A stretch of 60,327 nucleotides of DNA, the filler included, from Aduncisulcus paluster (taxonomy: Eukaryota), in NCBI GenBank assembly GCA_024181965.1. It is 5 parts of 5 records of this genome, joined end to end, with 100 filler letters (N's around TTAATTAATTAA, not from the genome) between each part and the next. Parts side by side here need not be neighbours in the genome. Positions count along the whole stretch, not along the records: positions 32,930 to 42,825 come from BQXS01010837.1; positions 42,926 to 52,186 come from BQXS01010838.1; 3 more parts are not named here. One strand, written 5' to 3'. Shown here piece after piece: positions 33,446 to 43,689 of this stretch. Position numbers and translations under genes: made by a program. Within the stretch, counting starts at the first letter, position 1. The number at the start of each line of letters is the position of its first letter. The notes below the pieces were generated by a model. That model worked only from the letters and a program-made list of their open reading frames with translations. It made no database searches and was not told the DNA's origin.

Positions 33446-33873
33446 ACATGACTCTCCAAGAGTTCCTTGACCTCTTCGAGGGTGTCTGTGACATTGTTCC
33501 CAGATTCGTGCGCAGTGAATGCGACAAGATCGTTGACAAGTACGCTACTGAGATCTACGACTGGCTCCAACAAGAGGAGGACCCTGATCACATCTGTGCT
33601 TTGATCGGTCTTTGCCCAAGCTCTGTTTCTAGTAACAGTGATGTTATGTGTATTGTGTGTGAAATTCTTGTTGAGTGGTTTGAGGAGAATTTTGTCCCCG
33701 AAATCACCTGGGAAGAGATTGAGATGGAGATCAACAAGGTCTGCAGAGCTCTTCCTGAATTTATCCAGCCTGTGTGTACTGCTGAATTAGACTACTATGG
33801 CAAAGAATTGTATGACTGGTTCATTAATGAGGAAGAACCAGATGTCTTTTGTTCAACTTTTGGTCTTTGTTAA
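32930..33873 (+). CDS. Multi-domain saposin-like (SAPLIP/prosaposin-type) protein, 5'-truncated
   Basis: At least 4 saposin-B units with CxxC...C...C..IVD.Y......L....P..C..LGLC spacing; strong C-ending codon bias. Confidence 0.92.
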
Positions 33874-35124
33874 AAACACTATTAACGAACAACTCAACTA
33901 TAATGCTTACTATTATGTATAATCCTGAATTACTTCGATTTTGTGTCTATAGACACTAACAGATCATTTTTTGATGATCAAGAAATAAAGTTTATAAATC
34001 TGATTGTTTGAGAATTAAGTTATTTTTTACTTGTTATTTAATGTTGAGACTGTTTTATTCAATGTATTTTAACCCATTTTTCTTGTCAAAACAGACTCTG
34101 TTGCTCTGAGAGCATTGAAGAGAATTTTGAATTTGTAGCACATTCACGAAATATTCAATTGTGAAACTTTTTTATTTGAGAAATCCGTGTACTAAATAAG
34201 TATTTTAATTCAAATACTTCATTGAATTCATCCGTTCCATAGGATACTGAAAATTTCAGTCTGAAATAGATCTATTGATTGCCCTCATGATCATAAAAGC
34301 GTGAAAAGGAGAATTTATTATTTCATAATATGAAATTATAAATCAATATCAATTATAAATATGTGAAATTTGTCATATTTCTTCCAATTCCACAAAATGT
34401 ATAACCAGATTCGTTCAAATAGCCTTTGAAGAAATATCGAGTGTATTCTGATTTTTTTGGTATAAAAATGGTGTTATTTACTCAAATCTGGGTTGAAATG
34501 GCATTTTTTTTATGTTCAACGCATTCTATGGATGGTTCAACTTTTATAGTCTAGGCTGCCAGTCCATAGACTGTGGACCACTGGTCTATGGCATTCTGTT
34601 TTATGACTTTTATTGTTATTTGTGAAATTTAAATCTTTTAACAATTAGCTACTGATGCGTCTTGCCATGGCTATTGCCGGCCGATGTACGGAATGTGATC
34701 TTTCTGTTATAACCAGACATAATAATGTCTATGGTTTTTGTCGCTTCCTTGAAAGTTACGGCGATAAGCGTGAATTCGAATAACCGATTCATCGAGAAAA
34801 GCTGAATGGATGGGAGTTCTAATGGTTTTAATTTATTTTTATTTTTATTTTTGTTGGTCCGCAAGGGATCCCTTGCTCTAAGCACCTCAGGTCTATATAG
34901 GCTATATAGCAAAAGTTTTAGAAGAATTCTTTAAGATCTTGAAACTATATATTAAACGATACCTGAAGATAGTAAAACGATTCCCTGAAAAAAAAATACT
35001 CCAAAAAGAACCTCCGAGTATTTTTTTTTTTTTGTTTGTTTGTATTGTCGTCTCTTGAATTATTCCCTTTTTTGCACACAACTTGTGAAAATCCTTGTTT
35101 ATTTTCTTCTCGTTATTATCATTC

Positions 35125-36543
35125 ATGATGACCTATTATCGTAATTCATTCTTATTTTCATTTGTTGTATTCTGTTTATTTGGATGTATTTTCTCCTCTA
35201 CAACAGGTTTTGTTGAGCTCTTGAATGGTGTTGTGGATGAATCATTGCTTAATGAGAATTCTTTTCCCCTTGAATGCAAGATTACCTCTTCTAAGCTTGT
35301 TCATATTGGACATTGTATATCGACTCCTTCTCGTGATTGTGATGCTTCTGATGTTTCTTCATGGACTATCTATGATCCAAACACAACTGTGAACACAGCT
35401 GATGCTTCTAATTCCATCGTTTCCGACTATTCCATTGATATTTCAGATGTTCTCGGCATGGATTCCCTTGGCATTGAAGATACCGTATTTTCTGTTGATT
35501 TTTATGCGAATTATGGTTGTGAACCTGGAAGCATAGAAGATGAAACCACTTCTTTCCATTGTGTTACCAGTTCTGCACTATTTGATTCCTATTCATTCGT
35601 CTTCTCTCCTCCTTCTGATTCAGACAATACGATCCGTCTGAAAAAGATGGGAATTAACCCAAAAGTTGGACCAAATGAAGATTATACCACTTACACTGTT
35701 TCTGGAACACTCTGGGGATATATTGCAGAGGCGTCCGGCGTAATCCTTCTCATCCTTCTTATGGTTGGATCCAAAGAAGGCAAGAATGACATTCCTCCAA
35801 ATGTATTCTATTTTGTTGGACTCCTTGGCCTTGCTATATTCATGGGTAATGTAATAAGACTATATTTAATTGTTTGTGAGGTAAAATGGCTTTTGGGAGA
35901 TGACATTTATGATGACGAATGGGATGGTGTTCCAGAGTTCTTGGATAACCATACATTATGCGATGTCTTTGCATTTTTGGCTTTTCTTGTCTTATTTATT
36001 GTTCTAAATGTCAACTATTCCGAAGATGAGAATGATACTGAAGAAAAGATTACGTTTGGAGGTTTTCTCTTCTTGGTGGGCTCTTGGGCTCTTTCTATTC
36101 TCATTTTTCTCCCTGGAATGGATGCAGGAAGTGGGAGTGAAGATAATACTGGTTGGACATCGGAATATTATGCGTATGAATATTATCCGGATGATAGGTT
36201 TTGGTTCATTCGAGTATTTTGTCTTCCTGTTGCTGTCAGTTTCGGGCCTTTTGGATTTGGCATACTTATCTCGTACATGACTTGTGGTGATGATATACCT
36301 AATTATGACAATTGTTCTTTCTCTGTCTTTGTCACATGTGTGGGGTTAACTTTTTCTATCATTGGTGCTCGACTTTCATCTGTGGAACCAGATGAGGATG
36401 GAAACCCAAAATGGACATTCTATTTGTTTGGTGGACTTGCCGCTTTTGCAATTGGTTTAGGATTAATCTTCTGTGGTTGCTGCGGGTCTAAAAAATCAAA
36501 GTCAGGAAGTGGGGGTATTCAAATGACACCTTCTAGAAAGTAA
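35125..36543 (+). CDS. Hypothetical multi-pass membrane protein with signal peptide and Cys-containing acidic ectodomain
   Basis: ATG at 35125/35128; hydrophobic N-terminus; about 7-8 hydrophobic segments in the C-terminal half. Confidence 0.8.
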   Translation: MMTYYRNSFLFSFVVFCLFGCIFSSTTGFVELLNGVVDESLLNENSFPLECKITSSKLVHIGHCISTPSRDCDASDVSSWTIYDPNTTVNTADASNSIVSDYSIDISDVLGMDSLGIEDTVFSVDFYANYGCEPGSIEDETTSFHCVTSSALFDSYSFVFSPPSDSDNTIRLKKMGINPKVGPNEDYTTYTVSGTLWGYIAEASGVILLILLMVGSKEGKNDIPPNVFYFVGLLGLAIFMGNVIRLYLIVCEVKWLLGDDIYDDEWDGVPEFLDNHTLCDVFAFLAFLVLFIVLNVNYSEDENDTEEKITFGGFLFLVGSWALSILIFLPGMDAGSGSEDNTGWTSEYYAYEYYPDDRFWFIRVFCLPVAVSFGPFGFGILISYMTCGDDIPNYDNCSFSVFVTCVGLTFSIIGARLSSVEPDEDGNPKWTFYLFGGLAAFAIGLGLIFCGCCGSKKSKSGSGGIQMTPSRK

Positions 36544-36979
36544 TTCGAAGAGAGAATTATTTCCACCAGGTATCGATCACGCGGGATAGCCATACGCTAT
36601 GACTTAAATCGTTGTTCTTTGTATTGTGCAGAACTTTGACTTGTTGTCATTCAATGACACAAAGTTTGTGGAATGAGTGTTGTTATTTTGTATTTCTTAT
36701 TGAATCTAGTAAATGAAACAAACAAAGACCCCGGATCTGGAGATCAAAATTCTTTTGAAACTGCCAGTTTAACCCATGTAAGCAATTCTGATTGCTTGAA
36801 AATGGAAATTGATTTTATTTGAAACAGTAAATTTGGCCCCTTTCATATTCTTGAAAGATCTAAACCCAGTGGGTTTTGAGATCATCTCGCTATTTTCTTT
36901 GATCCAAAAAAACCTTGTTGAATATCAAGATATAATATAAAATTTATTTTAAGCTAAACATAAAATTTCTTTCGAATTA

Positions 36980-37696
36980 ATGAAATCTGACCTATATATT
37001 CTGGCAAAAGAGTCCAAACAGGCTTCTGGAATTCCCAACGAACATATATTATTTGTCGCTGGCTTAGAAAAAGCTGGAAAATCTACAGCAATTCAATCTA
37101 TTTTAAAAAAGAGCTTGAAACCCTCTGGAATCGGAATTCATCATGAAACATTCGATTGTTCCACATATGATGTTCCATTTAGTCAAATCAATATTATGGA
37201 TATAAATATGCATCATAAACAAGCTGCAACTTATTGTCATTATGTCTGTAAAACATCTCCTTTCAAAGTTTCATTTTTACTCGTTGTTTCTGGTGAACAA
37301 CCCCTGGATTCCTTCAGATTTTTATTATTTTGGAGTGAAGTATTTGCTAAACATATCACTTCTGAGAGAGTATATTCCGTTACAGTTCTCTGTTCCCATA
37401 GAAGCGCTGTCCCGATAAAGCTCCGTGATCATTTTCATATTTTTAGTCAATCTCTTCGAAGTATTTGCTTTAACAGTCTTCATAGAGCTTCGTTATGCAT
37501 CACGGATATGACATCCGTTGATGGTAATATTGCATGTGAGAGTTTGCTTTTGTATAAGCTTCTTGGTGCCAAAAAGGGAACTAACAGAATAGGAAAAGAT
37601 CTTGGAACATTTATTTTATACGAAGAAGACGAGAAGGACACATCTATTCTCGATTTGAAGACATGTGAGACAGAAATGTCAAAAGTATTCAAGTAA
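36980..37696 (+). CDS. Ras-like P-loop protein, probably dynein-2 light intermediate chain (DYNC2LI1/D1bLIC)-like
   Basis: LFVAGLEKAGKST P-loop. N-terminal SDLYILAKE and later SLRSICF...ASLCIT resemble DYNC2LI1 (ETLWEIAKAE; TLRFVAHYYGASLMFT) as recalled. Confidence 0.5.
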   Translation: MKSDLYILAKESKQASGIPNEHILFVAGLEKAGKSTAIQSILKKSLKPSGIGIHHETFDCSTYDVPFSQINIMDINMHHKQAATYCHYVCKTSPFKVSFLLVVSGEQPLDSFRFLLFWSEVFAKHITSERVYSVTVLCSHRSAVPIKLRDHFHIFSQSLRSICFNSLHRASLCITDMTSVDGNIACESLLLYKLLGAKKGTNRIGKDLGTFILYEEDEKDTSILDLKTCETEMSKVFK

Positions 37697-37865
37697 ATCT
37701 ATTGACCATCATAGATAGGGGTGCCTGCAAAATTATTAAGAATAAAATCATCGGTAAGAGACGGTCATATTGTCGGTACTACCGGTAGCATCATCAGTCC
37801 ATCAAATCGGGCTGAGAGAACCTCTCAGATCATCTGATTTGCTTAACAGATTAAAAATGTGATAA

Positions 37866-38990
37866 TTATTTCCATGGAAGTAGGCATAAACGATCAGCAG
37901 CAATTTGATCAATTATTTCTTCCTCTAGCATAGTAAATACAAGGGAGTTGATATTAAAACATCGACAATTCTTCTTTGTCCACATTCCTTTCCCTTCAAT
38001 ATCACACAACACAACATTATTCAAATCAATAGGAAGGAAATGCCATTCAAAATCGTGTTTAGGTCTTGTGAATTCATACTTCTTGAATGTCTTCTTACCA
38101 TCACAATCGGTGAAAGTGAAGAGAAGAGATGGTGAACTAGCATTCCTATCCACACAGATATAAGCACCTTTCATTGGACTAGGTGATGGGAAAGGGATGG
38201 AAAGATGTGATAAGTATACAGAATCTTCCCCTTTTAACATTTTTTGTGCTTGTGAACGCTGATCATAAAACTCCGATTCCTTACTAAACGAATCGTCTAT
38301 TCCCTTAATCATTGATAATGAAGGTTTTATAACCCTTGAAGCAGAAGAATGGGAATTGGGAATAGAATATTTATCCTTGGATTCTTCATCTTCTTCCTTT
38401 ATATACTCTGGTTTCACAACTGGAGCTTCAGACCATAGTTTCTCTCTGACTTTACGAGCTAATATTTCCTCAGGAGTTTCTTCTCGAATGAAAACGAGGT
38501 TTTGGATATTAAATTTATCTATTTCTCTTCCTTTCCCTGTAATCTCACACAAATCAACATCAGGGAGATCAACAGGAAGGAAATACCAATGAGAACCTGT
38601 TGATTCAGGAAATTCGTATTTCTTGGATGTTTTCACGCCCTTTGAAGATGTTAGAGTTAATATAAGATGAGATATGGGAAAACTCACAAAATCGCAGTCT
38701 ATACAGACATAAGCACCTTTCATTGGAGAAGATAAAGTGAAAGGAATGGAAATATGGGTAAAGGTATAAAATCCAAAAGGAAACAATACTTTCATCATTT
38801 TTTGTACATTTAAAGTTTGATCGCGCAAATCGTTATCTTCTTCTAATGTTTCATCTCTTGCTTTGACCCTAGAAAAATCTGGAGTCCGAACATTTGGAGA
38901 ATAGAGGGAAATTGGGAGGCAACTCAAGCCCCCTTTATGAATAAACACAGGTTTCACAATTTGAAGCGTTGAACTCATTTCTTGGCCCAT
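37866..38990 (-). CDS. Hypothetical protein with two tandem copies of a lineage-specific ~165-aa domain
   Basis: Internal repeat QKM.K...H.SIPF...SPMKGAY.C.D...KKYEF....W.FLP.DL..V.LC.I.GKG occurs twice. Confidence 0.85.
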   Translation of the reverse strand: MGQEMSSTLQIVKPVFIHKGGLSCLPISLYSPNVRTPDFSRVKARDETLEEDNDLRDQTLNVQKMMKVLFPFGFYTFTHISIPFTLSSPMKGAYVCIDCDFVSFPISHLILTLTSSKGVKTSKKYEFPESTGSHWYFLPVDLPDVDLCEITGKGREIDKFNIQNLVFIREETPEEILARKVREKLWSEAPVVKPEYIKEEDEESKDKYSIPNSHSSASRVIKPSLSMIKGIDDSFSKESEFYDQRSQAQKMLKGEDSVYLSHLSIPFPSPSPMKGAYICVDRNASSPSLLFTFTDCDGKKTFKKYEFTRPKHDFEWHFLPIDLNNVVLCDIEGKGMWTKKNCRCFNINSLVFTMLEEEIIDQIAADRLCLLPWK

Positions 38991-39520
38991 TTTTTGTATA
39001 ATTTCAGTCTAAAATGGTAAATAGTATTTGTCCTTATTTAAAAAGATGTGAAAAATATTTAATTTGGGGACAAAAACCAATTCATTGTGTGTGGGCATAT
39101 AATGGTCAATATTGGGTCATGATGGCAAATATTATTAAAGTATATGCATTGGAAATATTTTTCCGCACTTTATATCCGCGATGAAATCATGCTGCCGGCA
39201 TAGAGCATGAACAACTGGTGAACTTTCAGAAAGAATGTCTTTTGGTGAGCATCATTGGATATCATCCATTTTGGAGAAACTATTTCATGGTCATTATCAT
39301 TTAACATCAATTTTCCTGGTAGTATAGGACAAAGATCAATGTATTTCTCGCATTTACTTCAAGTTACTGTCTGTGGAGCTGTATACTTGTATGGGCATTG
39401 TGTGTCCTTAATACACTCCTAATTGAGGATGAAATCTTTCAAGTTTCCGTTTTTGAGTCAAGATTGGGTTCTTGAATATGAATGCTGTTCTTGCAATGTT
39501 GTCAGCAATTCTTTATTTCC

Positions 39521-42425
39521 TCAAAAATATCCGGGCCACAAAAATTCTTCCTCTTCCTCTTCTTCTTCCTCTTCCTCCAATATTTCCATTTCTTCCCTCC
39601 ATGATTCCTGATCATACCCTTCAAATGAAACATTACACATTTCATGATCAAATAAAGATTCCACGCCTCCACCTGTGTGTTCAACAAAATCATACACAGA
39701 CTGTCTCAAAGATCTTTCCTCATCAAATGGCATCTTAACAAGTAAATGTTGAGGAGGAGTGTATTGGATGATAGATGAGTGTTTGATGCGATAGTTGTGT
39801 TCAAAAGAAATTATAGAATTCTTTTCTTCTTCTGCTTCTTGCTTTTCCCCCATTAATGTTGATTGTTTCTTTTGAGATGAAGGTTCATCTAATATTTTAT
39901 GAGAAGGAATAGAATGAAATTTATCTTCCTCATATTCTTCATGGTCATTATTGCCATAAGACCGATCAGCGTGGGAACAACATAATTTACCACGTCGAAT
40001 AAGATGAATTTTCATTTCTTTTCCACCTTCAACAATGTTAAAATAAGAAATTTTGCTTTGTTTTGAATACACTATTGTTATAATAAATTCCATAACAGAA
40101 CACACATGTGAAGCGTATGAATATCCATCTTTCTCAGGACATAAAGATGTCTCAATTGATGGGATTAATGAGACTGGAGGAATAGAGTGGAGTAAATTGT
40201 TCGAAAGATATGAGCAAGATAGGAAAGAAGATACATTGGAAGTAAACAACTCATATTGTGAATGGCAAGGCTGAAGAGTCAGACACATCTTCATTTCTTC
40301 GTCATATTGAGGTGATAACTCAGGTATTAAATGTGAAACGGAGGAAATCATGGAGAGTAGCTTGGCCCAAAATATGATTGCCTTTGTATATATTTCTTTT
40401 ATACATACTTCATACCACTCGCCAAGAAAGTGTTTAAGATTATCATATACTTCGGCGGCATGTGATTGATCATAACACAAATTGGCCAAAAAATCTAAAA
40501 TATAGTCACGGTAATACTTAGCAAGCATATTTCCCGCAAATTCTCTCCGAATAACTTCAAGAATAGGGTGGAAGAGAGGCCAAGCTTCAGCACACACAGA
40601 AATATTGGACGTTTCGTTATCACTTGAAAGGGTGATTTGTGACAGAATATAAGCCCATTGTCCATAAAATGCACAATACTCACCATCAATATATTTGTAT
40701 ATCCTTAACCAATCTATGAGAAATGGCTTGATAAGAGTGAGAATATAAGATCGAGTGGAAGGATAGTCAGAAATACGGAAGAGAGTATCTAATAACCGAA
40801 TAATAATATATCTATCTAACTTCTCTTTGCTTCCTCTCTCAAGAATATGTTGAAGAATGAGAGAGAGCTTACAAAAGACCTGTTCTTCTTCATTTTCATA
40901 TTCAAAAAAATTAAAATAGCAAAAATTCTCACAAATTTTTAAAAAATCTCCGTCAATATATTCTTTCAAAACTTCCTCCACTCTTGATATATGGCCAATA
41001 AAGGTGTCAATGGGATCATTAAGCTCAGTAAAAGGAAGAGATACCATATCTCCAGAAAGAAGCCGATGCCCAACAAACGCATTTAAACAATGAACACAAA
41101 GAATAATCTCTCTCTTGTGCTCTTCAATTTCACTCTTCGATTGATATGCAAGGAAAACAGAAAGAATTTCCTCTCGATGTTTATGGTAGAGTTTAGAAGT
41201 CGATTCTGAGTCAGCCTTGATGATGGATTCAAACAAATTGACCCATTTCTTGAGAGAGGGATATAAATTACGAATATATTGTGTATACTCTTCAATCCAG
41301 CAATTATTATTCATACCCCATTCCATTTGGTCATCGTATTTGGGAGATAGTTGAGGAGCAATAGATGGGATAGTGGAGAATAAAGAAACGAGTTTGACCC
41401 AATTTTTGATTCCCCAATCGTTCCCTTTTTCACTTTCCTTCTTTACAACTATAAACCAACTATCAAGAAGACCATCTTTAATGGAATCATATACTTCGAT
41501 GGCTTGGGAGTGAATATAACTCAAGCTAATGAATAATTCAAAACAAGCAATGAGAGTGGAATTGTCAAATGTTATACCCTTGGAATCTGTATCTTTAATC
41601 ACATCCAAGACAGGATGGAAGACAAACCAAAGCTTTAAGGAACGGTCTTCATGAGGGTGTTCGTTATCTTCATCACAAATGATTCTCTGAAAGATAATTA
41701 TCCACTGCAAAAAGAACTTCTTGTCGGGATACCTCCTCATCCAAGGTAAGATATGAGGGCGAAGAATGGATAAAAGGGAGTCTCTAGTGGAATTATCTTT
41801 GGCAAAGGCGATATATCTACATATTTCGAGGATATCTTCGATGAATGAATTCTCAAGTTTTTGAGATATACCCAAAGTTAATAAATTGGAGAGAAAAGGA
41901 GATATTTGGGGCAAAATAGTAGAACAAAGAGATAAACTATCATATTCTGGAGCTGTTAAAACACAAATAATCCTAAACAATGACATTGTGATGGAGTTCA
42001 CGCCAGCTTCTTTTGTTCCACTTTCTTCTTCTTCTCCTTCTTTTCCCTTCTTCTTCTTTTTCTTTTGCCATTTCTCCATTCATCCTCAGAAAAGATTCAA
42101 CTTTGATCATTTGAGGCAAGAAAGGGTCAATGATCTTCTTGATGGAAGATTTATGGGGGATGACCACAATATCTTCTTCTCCATCTTCTTCTTTCGTAAC
42201 TTTATGCTTCACGAACAGGGATAAACATTCGAAACAAAGAGCGAAGAGATCTCGATTGGAAGTGATAGCAGAAGGTGTCGTGTATTCGTCAAAGATGGCC
42301 TGAAGACGTGATTGAGATTTTTCATAAAGTGGGATCAATTCAAAGGTGGTCATTTTAATAGAAACTCTCAATTGTTCAAGACATTCTTTGCTGAAAGGCT
42401 TTGTTGTTGGTTTAGAAAAAGACAT
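39521..42425 (-). CDS. Alpha-helical (ARM/HEAT-like) internally duplicated protein, interrupted by a +1 frameshift near 42045
   Basis: ORFs 41973..42425 and 39521..42079 overlap in a purine-rich E/G/K linker. The internal repeat (LCFECLSLFVKH / LCVHCLNAFVGH; WFVFHPVLDVIK / WPLFHPILEVIR) spans both ORFs. Confidence 0.75.
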
Positions 42426-42825
42426 TATTGCTGTACTGGTAGGTTTTAGTTGTTGGTGTTATTAATTTCGATATGGACTTAGAATAAACTGGATTTTGTT
42501 TGTATTTCTTACAAATAGAGCGACAATCGAGAGCAAAAGAGAAAGTTACGAAAATCAATGAAATGAAGAAAAGAGGACAATATTATAGGCAAGAATGGAA
42601 AATGAACCAAAATAGAATACAATAAAAAATGGTAAATATTCACAAAATATCAGCAATATCCACGATATCCACAAAACAAGATTGAGAATGGAAAAGAGGA
42701 TAATATGTCCAAAAATACATACTTTTCTAATGAAACTGTGCAATACTTATATCGATAATTGATACTCTAATGGATACTTAATTATCCCTTGAACGAAAAC
42801 AAAAAACGACTCGCTTTTGTCAACG

Positions 42826-42925
42826 NNNNNNNNNNNNNNNNNNNNNNNNNNNNNNNNNNNNNNNNNNNNTTAATTAATTAANNNNNNNNNNNNNNNNNNN
42901 NNNNNNNNNNNNNNNNNNNNNNNNN
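42826..42925. other. Artificial contig spacer N44-TTAATTAATTAA-N44
   Basis: Linker at 42870-42881. Confidence 0.97.
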
Positions 42926-42926
42926 C

Positions 42927-43046
42927 ATTGACACCATTATCCGTGAGCAATGCAAGAAGTATGGTGGCTCTGTTGGAACCATTGAAGGAAGGAAATGTGG
43001 TGTCGCTGGTGTTGAGCATGAGGAAGGTTGGGATCAGAGTCAGTGA
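42927..43046 (+). CDS. Probable 3' tail of a truncated gene
   Basis: IDTIIREQCKKYGGSVGTIEGRKCGVAGVEHEEGWDQSQ* from the contig start, with coding-like codon use. Confidence 0.45.
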   Translation: MDTIIREQCKKYGGSVGTIEGRKCGVAGVEHEEGWDQSQ

Positions 43047-43689
43047 GTGATGTGTGAAAAGATTCTGATCTTAAGATGGATGCAAGGATAGGTCATCGAA
43101 ATGTGATCCCCGTGATAAAAGAGGGTGATAATGTAAGAATTTGTGAATAAAATGAGGGTTTTCTAAAATGTCAACTTGAGACTGTGGTAGAAATATATCA
43201 TCCATATCTGATACATGGGAAAGGAGAAAAGGAGGTGATAGAGTTTAACCAGAGTTAATGACATCAATAACGACAATCATCCCCATTTCAGACATCATTA
43301 TGCTTCCAAATTATCTCATTCATGCTCAACATTTATTAAACACCAGAATCTCCTCCAATATCATCAAAATCAGGGAGAATAGTGCAAAAACATCTACAAA
43401 AAGGTAGAAATAATCATCAAACAGCCCCAATAGAACAATAATACACGATAAAACAACGAAACAATCATCATTTGAAAAGGTCAATTCTATAAATAGAAAT
43501 TCTATTTTTAGAACAACACATCAGAACTTTGACATTACGAGTCCAAATTATGGTCATGTGAATTCTGGGGGAACCGGTTTTCTCGTCTGGCACCGAAAAG
43601 TGTCATAATAATTTTCGAAAATCTAGCTTCGCAAGACTCGTAATAATGGTAAAGTTAAGCTAGATATCTCTCTATTCAGAATAATATTC

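Noticed and set aside
32878-33591. 237-aa antisense ORF over the saposin gene
   Set aside because: Antisense openness is expected from strong codon bias and repeats; its stop comes from the linker
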